Assembly: GCA_005805045.1 (NCBI GenBank)
Contig: SYNW01000032.1
Coordinates: 1 to 43,605, forward strand
DNA length: 43,605 nucleotides
Source: Actinomycetota bacterium
GTDB lineage: Bacteria; Actinomycetota; Acidimicrobiia; Acidimicrobiales; Ilumatobacteraceae
Reading direction: 5' to 3'
This document shows positions 27,321 to 34,662 of the stretch, piece by piece (the stretch's first letter is position 1; each line of letters opens with the position of its first letter). The position numbers and the translations under genes were made by a program. The notes below the pieces were generated by a model. That model ran no database searches. It had not been told where the DNA came from and was given only the letters and a program-made list of their open reading frames with translations.

Positions 27321-27812
27321 CTAGGCGGTCCGAGTGCTATTTCGTTGTGTGCGCATAGCCGCAGCCTTGGCATAGCCGATTTCCAAAAGCGGCCAAAAAG
27401 CCTGCTCAACGGTTGAATACAGCGTGCCGATTATTCGGTCGAGTTCGGCTTCGTTCAGAACCGACAATCCGATTTCGCCGCGCAGATAAATAGCATCCTC
27501 CAACCCGATCGAAAAGTGGGCACCGACAAGTTTTTCGTTTCTTCGTAAAACTGTTTCGTAAAGCAACTCGGCATTCTGCTCGGGTGCCGGCATCACATAG
27601 GTTTCATAACGCAAAGTTCTCTGGCCAAGAGTGAACCAGACCGTCGTGAAATCTTTTTCTTCGCCCGACATGCGCACATACCATCGAAACTCATCGTCTT
27701 CAGAGCGATCAACAGCCAAGATGTTCTTGTGGTTCGCTCTGGCCCGACCCAACCACTCGTCAATTTGTCGTTCAATTCGAGCCAGTGACGGTTCGTCAAA
27801 CAGTTCGCTCAC
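27321..27812 (-). CDS. YbjN-domain protein
   Basis: 163 aa (FRWYVRMSGEEKDFTTVWFTLGQRTLRYETYVMPAPE...AHFSIGLEDAIYLRGEI). It sits immediately downstream of mshA, as the YbjN-family gene does in mycobacteria. Confidence 0.7.
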   Translation of the reverse strand: MSELFDEPSLARIERQIDEWLGRARANHKNILAVDRSEDDEFRWYVRMSGEEKDFTTVWFTLGQRTLRYETYVMPAPEQNAELLYETVLRRNEKLVGAHFSIGLEDAIYLRGEIGLSVLNEAELDRIIGTLYSTVEQAFWPLLEIGYAKAAAMRTQRNSTRTA

Positions 27813-27816
27813 GGTG

Positions 27817-29028
27817 TTAAGAACAGGCGACTAGTTGGGCCACACGAAGTGCCTCATAGACACCGATCACACTGTCGGCGGTGGCCGACCACGAATAATT
27901 TTTGGCTCGATGCGCCCCCCGGTTGCCCATCGTCAAACTGAGCAGTGGATCAGACAACAGCCGATCCACATATTTTGCGAACACTTCTGGGTTTCGATTT
28001 TCAACTGAGTATCCGGTTGACTGATGCTCGACCAAGTTGAGTAGCCCACCCACTGCGCTCGCCACAACTGGTATCCCGCATGCTGCTGCCTCAAGTGCGA
28101 CCAGCCCAAAACTTTCACTTCGCGAAGGCACCAGGACGACATCTGCGGCACGATAATAAGTCGACAACAAATGGTGTGGCTGTGGCTCGACAAAATGCAC
28201 ACGATCATTCAGGTGAAAATCACAAATTAGTTTGCGCACGTGCGTCGACTCACTTGAGCCAAAAGATCCGCTTGCTCCACCGACGATTATCAATTTGGTT
28301 TTCTTATTTTCCAATTCTGCAAGAGTCTGCACGGCGACATCAACACCCTTCAATGGTTGAATGCGACCAACGAACAACAGCACCGGCTCGTCTCCCCAAC
28401 CCAGTGCGCGTCTTGCACCAGCCCGATCACCCGGCGAAAAAAATGCGGTTGCAACGCCAGGCGATGCCACCGTCACGACGCCGGGCGACTGACCATAAAG
28501 CGCACGAAACTGACTCAACTCTTCGGGGCAACTCACACAGATCGCATCGGCGCAACCGATGATCTCGAGTTCTGCTCTTTCGCGAACCACCGACTCTGTA
28601 TCGCCACCCAAAGTTTTGACCCGAGCCAAAGTATGAAAAGTTGTAACCAGTGGCAAATTGAGTTGATGCTTCAATCGATGGCCGACAAGACCCGACAGCC
28701 AATAATTGGCATGCAATACGTCGGCCCCACCCGTTGCCTGCAGATGTTGTGCGACGCGCTGTGTGAACAAATCCACGACATTGAGCAACTCATCTTTCGA
28801 GAGATCGAAACGACCAGCTTCAATGTGCACGATTTTATGATTTGGCTCAACTTCTACTACCTTCGGCAACCCTTCGCGCCAGGCACGCGTGTATGTAGTG
28901 CACTGCATTCCTTTTTGGGCCATTGCCGATACAAGTTCGCGCACATAGACGTTCATGCCACCGCCATCACCAACACCTGGCTGGGCCAAAGGTGAAGTGT
29001 GCATCGAGATAATCGCGACACGCTGCAT
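27817..29028 (-). CDS. mshA: D-inositol-3-phosphate glycosyltransferase (mycothiol biosynthesis)
   Basis: N-terminal block RVAIISMHTSPLAQPGVGDGGGMNVYVRELV and FVGRIQPLKGVD closely mirror mycobacterial MshA. GT4 fold, 403 aa. Confidence 0.88.
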   Translation of the reverse strand: MQRVAIISMHTSPLAQPGVGDGGGMNVYVRELVSAMAQKGMQCTTYTRAWREGLPKVVEVEPNHKIVHIEAGRFDLSKDELLNVVDLFTQRVAQHLQATGGADVLHANYWLSGLVGHRLKHQLNLPLVTTFHTLARVKTLGGDTESVVRERAELEIIGCADAICVSCPEELSQFRALYGQSPGVVTVASPGVATAFFSPGDRAGARRALGWGDEPVLLFVGRIQPLKGVDVAVQTLAELENKKTKLIIVGGASGSFGSSESTHVRKLICDFHLNDRVHFVEPQPHHLLSTYYRAADVVLVPSRSESFGLVALEAAACGIPVVASAVGGLLNLVEHQSTGYSVENRNPEVFAKYVDRLLSDPLLSLTMGNRGAHRAKNYSWSATADSVIGVYEALRVAQLVACS

Positions 29029-29048
29029 TTGTTCTTAAAACCTATCGT

Positions 29049-29100
29049 TCTAGTCGGGTTTTACCTCTAGTCAGGCAAACGCCTTCTTGTTCTAGTCAGT
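29049..29100. repeat. Three direct copies of TCTAGTC(G/A)G in the 63-nt spacer upstream of mshA
   Basis: Copies at 29049-29057 (TCTAGTCGG), 29066-29074 (TCTAGTCAG) and 29091-29099 (TCTAGTCAG). The third contains the stop codon of the upstream rsiG-like gene. Confidence 0.5.
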
Positions 29101-29586
29101 CAACAGCGAGTCGACGTCGGCGCCGCCGTCTTTATATCGCTGGACCAATTCAGAGGTCAAGGCGTCGATCCTGGCGAAAAAATTTTTCCGTTCGGCTGAG
29201 CGCGCCAGTTCGAACTTTTCAAGTTGTCTGACCGCTTCGTCGAGTGCATCATCGGCGAGAGTGCGTAGCTCACCAAAACCAACGCGTTCGCAAAGTTTTT
29301 CGAGCTCTACGACTAAGGGATGTTCTGCTGAAATGTTTGTCTCGCGTGGTGGGCGCGATGATCCGCCACCATGCTCTTGCCCAAAAACATTCGTGATATC
29401 CACGACGCTCATGCCGGACGCTGGCGTGCCATCGGTGCGACGGCGCCGCTCATCGCGTGCCAAGTCGCAACGCCCTTGGGCCATTCGACGCACAAAAGAA
29501 ATCACGTCTTCTTGCATCTGCAACGCCGCGCGCGCGCTGCGCAATTCGGCAGTCGTCATCGCACTTGGGTTTGCAACATCAGTCAT
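29092..29586 (-). CDS. RsiG-like coiled-coil protein carrying a c-di-GMP-binding-type motif (candidate anti-sigma factor)
   Basis: Residues 26-41, EDVISFVRRMAQGRCD, fit E-x3-S-x2-R-x3-Q-x3-D exactly. Residues 126-141, ELARSAERKNFFARID, fit at 4 of 5 key positions (Q replaced by F). The protein is 164 aa, predicted helical and acidic. Confidence 0.55.
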   Translation of the reverse strand: MTDVANPSAMTTAELRSARAALQMQEDVISFVRRMAQGRCDLARDERRRRTDGTPASGMSVVDITNVFGQEHGGGSSRPPRETNISAEHPLVVELEKLCERVGFGELRTLADDALDEAVRQLEKFELARSAERKNFFARIDALTSELVQRYKDGGADVDSLLTD

Positions 29587-29600
29587 TTAAGTTCCCGAAT

Positions 29601-29837
29601 TCATCCACCTGAGACCGGTGGCAACAATGCCACTTCATCGGCGTCATTGACCATGGTGGTGCCAACCGCCTCTTCGCCGTTTAACCAAACTCGACAAGTT
29701 GCCATTACAGCAACAAAGTCTGCCCCAAATCTCTCGCCGGCAGTTTGCAGAACTTCGTCAACGGTGCCACCCGGAATCTCTTGGCTGGAAGTCCCCGCAA
29801 CTTGTCGGGCCGAGGCGAAAAGTCTCAAACGCGCCAT
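29601..29837 (-). CDS. MoaD/ThiS-family sulfur-carrier-like protein
   Basis: 78 aa with a beta-grasp-like sequence ending in the diagnostic C-terminal LLPPVSGG. Confidence 0.75.
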   Translation of the reverse strand: MARLRLFASARQVAGTSSQEIPGGTVDEVLQTAGERFGADFVAVMATCRVWLNGEEAVGTTMVNDADEVALLPPVSGG

Positions 29838-29869
29838 GCAGTCAGCGTACCTAAGCCACTACCCTGCTT

Positions 29870-30490
29870 TTGGTGTCTGAAAAACTGCAAGCAAACGAGA
29901 CTAAAACTCGACTACTCGTTTTACGCCACGGTCAAAGCGAATGGAACGCAGAGGGACGATGGCAAGGTCAAGCCGACATCCAACTCACGGAGCAAGGAAT
30001 CATTCAAGCCAAACAAGCCGCAGAAAAACTTGGCCCATTCGATTTGATCGCCACAAGCACGTTGCAACGGGCCCGGCGGACGGCAGAAATTATCGCCCAA
30101 CATTTGAACGCAGGCGACGTGCACGTTGACGACCGTCTCAAAGAATCGAATGTTGGTCCGTGGCAGGGTTTGACAGTTGCAGAGATCGAGGCTGGTTGGC
30201 CAGGATTTCTAAACTCGCGTCGACAACCCGAAGGCTTCGAATCAAATATCAGAGTCGTGCAGCGAGTGACACAATCTCTTATTGACATCGCCGATAAATG
30301 CAGGGGTGGTCAAGCCCTAGTTATCAGCCACAGTGGTGTGATTAGGACACTTCGAAGAGAATTAAATGTCTCAGACAACCGCCTAGAAAATCTTGGCGGT
30401 AGTTGGTTCGAAATTGATGCTCACAACAAGCTACGCGCTGGTCGTTTAGTCGCGGTTTTAGGAGAATTGAACTCAACCGACTCGCTCTAG
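29870..30490 (+). CDS. Histidine phosphatase family protein (phosphoglycerate-mutase-like)
   Basis: RHG catalytic motif in LLVLRHGQSEWNAEGRWQGQADIQLTEQG and a downstream SHSGVIR His. 206 aa, which is shorter than dPGM enzymes. Confidence 0.8.
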   Translation: MVSEKLQANETKTRLLVLRHGQSEWNAEGRWQGQADIQLTEQGIIQAKQAAEKLGPFDLIATSTLQRARRTAEIIAQHLNAGDVHVDDRLKESNVGPWQGLTVAEIEAGWPGFLNSRRQPEGFESNIRVVQRVTQSLIDIADKCRGGQALVISHSGVIRTLRRELNVSDNRLENLGGSWFEIDAHNKLRAGRLVAVLGELNSTDSL

Positions 30491-30505
30491 CGAGTAGTTG
30501 TAGCG

Positions 30506-31702
30506 TTGAGCCTCGTGCTAAGTCGTTGGCTAGATGATTCATTCTCGCCGATCGTCAAGAAGAACATAACGCTTCTTACCGCGAGCCGACTGACGACCAA
30601 TGCCTGCTACCGATTTACGCCCCCGTTCGTGGCAATTATCGCCAAAGGTTTTGACATCTCACTTTCCGAGATAGGTGTCGCTCTAACAATTTCTGAACTT
30701 TCGGGATTGTTGTCGCCGTTTATCGGTCGGTTTATCGACTACCTTTCGCGTCGCGCAGCAATGCTCGCCGGCCTTTTTGGTATCGGGGTCGGCGCCCTTC
30801 TCGCCGCAGTCTCACCAAATATTTTTGTGTTCACACTCGGCGTGACGTTAATCAGCATCACAAAGAATTTTTTCGACCTTGGCATGGCTGGCTGGATCAC
30901 AGACCATGTCCCATACGAAAAACGTGGTCGGTACATCGGAATCACCGAAATTTCTTGGGCGCTCGGGCTTCTATTTGGTGTTTCATTGATGGGGGTCATA
31001 ACTGCGCTGAGTAGTTGGCGAGCAGGTTTTTTTGCCGGTGTCTGTGGCACCGCCGTTTCGCTGCTGTTTATTGCCTCACGCATCAAGTCAGAAGCGCACG
31101 AAGTTTCGTCACGAGTAGCCGACGATGGAATTCGACTCAGTGGTCGCGGCTGGCTGGTCGTAGCCACGATGTTCGCCACGATGTGTGCGAGCCAATGCAT
31201 CTTTATAACTTTTGGGGCTTGGCTTGATGATCAATTCGGATTTGGTGCAATTGGCATCGCCGCAGTCGGCTTTAGTTTCGGGATCGTCGAACTTTATGCA
31301 TCGATTGCCAGTGCCAACAAAACAGATACGTGGGGGAAAGAAAAAAGCATCGCCATCGGATGTCTGATCATGGTTCCGGGCGGGCTCGCGCTCTGGTTCG
31401 TCTCGCAAAATTTGTTACTTGGGCTGGCGGCTCTTTTGATTTACATCTTGGGTTTTGAATTCGCGGTTGTGAGCATGTTGCCTTTGGCTACGCATCTCGT
31501 GCCGAAACGACCAGGTAGTGGCCTTGGTCTAGTGATCGGGGCTGGCACCTTAGGTCGAAGCGTGATGAGTCTTGTGGCGACGCGAGCATACGAATCAAGC
31601 GGCGGCATCGCCTTGCCATCGCTGATCGGTGCAGTCAGTGCCGGTGTGGCCACACTATTTATTTATTTGTATCATCGTCGCGGTGGACTGGCACACGACT
31701 AG
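30506..31702 (+). CDS. MFS transporter
   Basis: 398 aa with about 12 predicted TM helices and an MFS-like loop GRFIDYLSRR between TM2 and TM3. TTG start in the track; a GTG at 30515 is an alternative. Confidence 0.7.
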   Translation: MSLVLSRWLDDSFSPIVKKNITLLTASRLTTNACYRFTPPFVAIIAKGFDISLSEIGVALTISELSGLLSPFIGRFIDYLSRRAAMLAGLFGIGVGALLAAVSPNIFVFTLGVTLISITKNFFDLGMAGWITDHVPYEKRGRYIGITEISWALGLLFGVSLMGVITALSSWRAGFFAGVCGTAVSLLFIASRIKSEAHEVSSRVADDGIRLSGRGWLVVATMFATMCASQCIFITFGAWLDDQFGFGAIGIAAVGFSFGIVELYASIASANKTDTWGKEKSIAIGCLIMVPGGLALWFVSQNLLLGLAALLIYILGFEFAVVSMLPLATHLVPKRPGSGLGLVIGAGTLGRSVMSLVATRAYESSGGIALPSLIGAVSAGVATLFIYLYHRRGGLAHD

Positions 31703-31716
31703 ATGAATCTTGTTTC

Positions 31717-33372
31717 CTAACCGGAATACTTGTTCGTGATCGGTAAACGGCGATCCTTGCCGAAGGCCTTGGTGCTGATGCGCACACCTGGCGCTCCTTG
31801 ACGGCGTTTGTATTCGTTCATGTCCACGAGTCGTGCGACGCGCTTTACAAGGGCCGGATCGTGACCGAGTGCAATAATCTCACGAGCCGTTTTGTCCTGC
31901 TCGACATACAACTCGAGTATCTGATCCAACAATTCATACGGCGGCAGACTCTGATCGTCGCGTTGGTCTGGTCGCAACTCAGCCGACGGAGCCTTTTGCA
32001 AAGTTGATTGCGGAATCACATCGTGAGAACTTTGCTGATTGACATACGCACAAATCTCGTAAACCTTGGATTTAAACAGGTCTTTAATCACCGCATAACC
32101 GCCCACCGAATCTCCGTACAAAGTGAAATAGCCGACCGCAGTTTCACTCTTGTTGCCGGTTGTCAAAACCATCCACCCAAATTTGTTGGAAAGCGCCATC
32201 AAAGTTGTACCTCGAACTCTGCTCTGCAGGTTCTCTTCGGTTAAATCTGCCTTGCGACCATCGAAACTTGGCTCAAGCGACTTGAGGTATGCGCTAAAAG
32301 CCGGCTCAATCGAAATTGTTTGAATATCTATTCCTAAGTTTCGTGCCAACAACTCGGCATCAGAAATTGAACCCTCCGATGAATATCTAGACGGCATAGC
32401 GACGCCGTGGACGTGTTCAGAACCAAGTGCCTGGGTCGCAATCGTGGCGACCAAAGCCGAATCAACCCCGCCTGACAAAGCAATTACGACATCTGTGAAG
32501 CCATTTTTCTGCACATAATCTCGCGTACCTAAGACGAGTGCGGCAAAAATCTGTGCGTCCTCGTCGAGGGGCTCGGCAATTTGACCACGCGACTGTTGTG
32601 GTGCCGGCGCCGACTTCGACTTTGGTAATACCAAATCACAAATCAACAACTCTTCGACAAACTGTGCCGCAGAAGCGACAAGCGTGCCGTCCGAGGCCAA
32701 GACCATTGAGCCACCGTCGAACACGAGTTCATCTTGCCCACCGACTTGGTTGACATAGGCAACCACGCACTCACCATCACGCGCACGCGAACTTAACATT
32801 TCTCGGCGCGAACCAATTTTGCCCGCATGAAAAGGTGAACCGTTGATATTCAAATTCAATACGGCACCCAAGGACGCCTGCACCGAAACTGGGCCCGATG
32901 GGCTCCAGATGTCCTCACAGATCGTTACGCCGACACAGGCACCTTTGATCGTGAATAAGGGATTATGAACCCCCGGGGTGAAATATCTCTGCTCGTCAAA
33001 AACGTCGTAGTTGGGCAGGAGGTGTTTTCGATATACACCAATTATTTTCCCGTTCTGACAAACCGCGGCGGCATTGTAAATTTTGTCTGTACCTTTTTCA
33101 CTCTCGACGAAACCAACGACAGCAACCGTCTCACCTACGGCTTTTAACATTTCTGCCAGAACCAATTGGTTCTCGGATACGAATCCATCTTTTAAAACGA
33201 GGTCTTCGGGCGGATACCCGGTAATTGACAATTCGGGAAATGCCACCACATCGCAACCGGCGACCACTGCCTGGTTATAAAAGTCGAGGATTTTCGTTGC
33301 ATTGGTTGCCAACGAACCCACGATCGGGTTGATTTGGGCAAGACCAACGCGAATATCCACGAAATTCGGCAC
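31717..33372 (-). CDS. nadE: Glutamine-dependent NAD+ synthetase
   Basis: N-terminal carbon-nitrogen hydrolase domain (VGLAQINPIVG..., FPELSITGYPPEDL, ICEDIW) fused to an NAD synthetase domain with the SGGVDS P-loop. 551 aa. Confidence 0.9.
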   Translation of the reverse strand: MPNFVDIRVGLAQINPIVGSLATNATKILDFYNQAVVAGCDVVAFPELSITGYPPEDLVLKDGFVSENQLVLAEMLKAVGETVAVVGFVESEKGTDKIYNAAAVCQNGKIIGVYRKHLLPNYDVFDEQRYFTPGVHNPLFTIKGACVGVTICEDIWSPSGPVSVQASLGAVLNLNINGSPFHAGKIGSRREMLSSRARDGECVVAYVNQVGGQDELVFDGGSMVLASDGTLVASAAQFVEELLICDLVLPKSKSAPAPQQSRGQIAEPLDEDAQIFAALVLGTRDYVQKNGFTDVVIALSGGVDSALVATIATQALGSEHVHGVAMPSRYSSEGSISDAELLARNLGIDIQTISIEPAFSAYLKSLEPSFDGRKADLTEENLQSRVRGTTLMALSNKFGWMVLTTGNKSETAVGYFTLYGDSVGGYAVIKDLFKSKVYEICAYVNQQSSHDVIPQSTLQKAPSAELRPDQRDDQSLPPYELLDQILELYVEQDKTAREIIALGHDPALVKRVARLVDMNEYKRRQGAPGVRISTKAFGKDRRLPITNKYSG

Positions 33373-33407
33373 GATTTCAGGCTATCTAGACAAAACTTCA
33401 CACGCCG

Positions 33408-33434
33408 TTTACACACGGGCAACGGCTGAGAAAC
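33408..33434 (+). promoter_or_regulatory. Candidate GlnR box array upstream of glnII
   Basis: TTTAC-N6-GCAAC-N6-GAAAC with exact 11-nt periodicity, about 50-90 nt upstream of the glnII start candidates. It resembles the Streptomyces GlnR consensus gTnAc-n6-GaAAc repeated. Confidence 0.35.
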
Positions 33435-33499
33435 GCCGATCGGCAAAACTGGTGGGTATCAATTCGCTAAAGGGCGAATTTTCGATGAAGGGAAATTTA

Positions 33500-34549
33500 A
33501 TGGCATATCAGGCTGAGTACATCTGGGTTGACGGCGTTACACCAACACCGACGTTGCGTTCAAAAACGAAGATCATCGAGAGTGGTAGCAAAGCTCTTCC
33601 AATTTGGGGCTTCGACGGTTCATCGACGAGTCAAGCAACTGGCGAAGCATCGGACTGTATTTTGAATCCAGTCTTTAGTTGCAAAGATCCGATTCGTGGC
33701 GGAAAGAACATTCTCGTGATGTGCGAAGTCATGGTCGCGTCCACCGGCAAACCGCACCCGACAAACACACGGGCACGTTGCGCAGAAACCGCCAAACGTT
33801 ACGCCGATGAAAAAATGATTTACGGCATCGAGCAGGAGTACACGATGATGCGTCTAAATGGTCGACCATTCGGTTTTCCAGAACTTTCGGGCGAGCCGGC
33901 ACCTCAGGGGCCGTACTACTGCGGTGTCGGCGCGGGTCGAGTAATGGGTCGCGAAATCGTAGAGATCCATACCGAGATGTGTCTGGACGCTGGTCTACAT
34001 ATATCGGGCACAAACGCCGAGGTAATGCCCGGCCAATGGGAGTTTCAAATCGGCCCAGTCGATGCTCTTAAAGTCAGCGATGAATTGCACGTTGCTCGAT
34101 GGTTGTTGCATCGAGTCGCCGAAGACTACGACGTAGTTATTTCACTCGACGCAAAACCACAAAAAGGAGACTGGAACGGCGCTGGCTGTCACACCAACTT
34201 CTCGACAAAGGCAATGCGCTCGAATTACAAAGCAATCGACGACGCGTGCAAAGCACTGGGTAAAAGAATCAACGAACACGTCAGCAACTACGGTCACGAC
34301 ATTGAAAGTCGCCTCACCGGCAAGCATGAGACGGCGCCGTACAATAAATTCACTTATGGCGTTTCAAACCGTGGAGCATCGGTTCGAATACCATGGCAAG
34401 TTGCTCGCGATCAAAAGGGTTACGCAGAAGATCGTCGACCAAACGCGAACATGGATCCGTATATCGTCACCCAACTGATTCTTGAAACAGTTTGCGGACA
34501 GTCCTCGCCGAAGAAAAGTGCCAGCAAGAAGAAGGCAAAAAAGAAGTAG
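33500..34549 (+). CDS. glnII: Glutamine synthetase type II (eukaryote-like GSII)
   Basis: MAYQAEYIWVDGVTPTPTLRSKTKII matches the GSII N-terminus (Streptomyces GlnII starts MTFKAEYIWIDG). The rest of the sequence, including the YGIEQEYTMM block, is GSII-like. Starts at ATG 33500 or ATG 33485 both have AAGGG-type ribosome-binding sites. The track's 33302 start overlaps nadE and is rejected. There is an unusual Lys-rich C-terminal tail. Confidence 0.85.
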   Translation: MAYQAEYIWVDGVTPTPTLRSKTKIIESGSKALPIWGFDGSSTSQATGEASDCILNPVFSCKDPIRGGKNILVMCEVMVASTGKPHPTNTRARCAETAKRYADEKMIYGIEQEYTMMRLNGRPFGFPELSGEPAPQGPYYCGVGAGRVMGREIVEIHTEMCLDAGLHISGTNAEVMPGQWEFQIGPVDALKVSDELHVARWLLHRVAEDYDVVISLDAKPQKGDWNGAGCHTNFSTKAMRSNYKAIDDACKALGKRINEHVSNYGHDIESRLTGKHETAPYNKFTYGVSNRGASVRIPWQVARDQKGYAEDRRPNANMDPYIVTQLILETVCGQSSPKKSASKKKAKKK

Positions 34550-34583
34550 CCATACACGATAAATCACCAGAAAATCCATAGTC

Positions 34584-34625
34584 CTGCCGCCGTAACCCGA
34601 GTGAAACTCGCAGTTGCGGCGGCAG
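34584..34625 (+). terminator. Strong stem-loop between glnII and glnA (possible terminator, processing site or attenuator; no U-tract)
   Basis: CTGCCGCCGTAAC pairs with GTTGCGGCGGCAG (13 bp including one G-U). After a small internal loop, CGAG pairs with CTCG around a TGAAA loop. No T-run follows. Confidence 0.3.
34592..34607 (+). promoter_or_regulatory. Candidate GlnR box (a-site/b-site) upstream of glnA
   Basis: GTAAC-ccgagt-GAAAC matches gTnAc-n6-GaAAc exactly and lies 56-71 nt upstream of the glnA ATG. A second copy of ccgag(c)GAAAC lies at 34642-34652. Confidence 0.4.
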
Positions 34626-34662
34626 ACTGTATTCGTGCGATCCGAGCGAAACGAGCGTTGAG

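Noticed and set aside
34550-34662. Glutamine riboswitch (glnA RNA motif) between glnII and glnA.
   Set aside because: The spacer folds into a simple long hairpin and does not resemble the glnA-motif sequence as I remember it from cyanobacterial examples. That motif is also known mainly from cyanobacteria and marine metagenomes.
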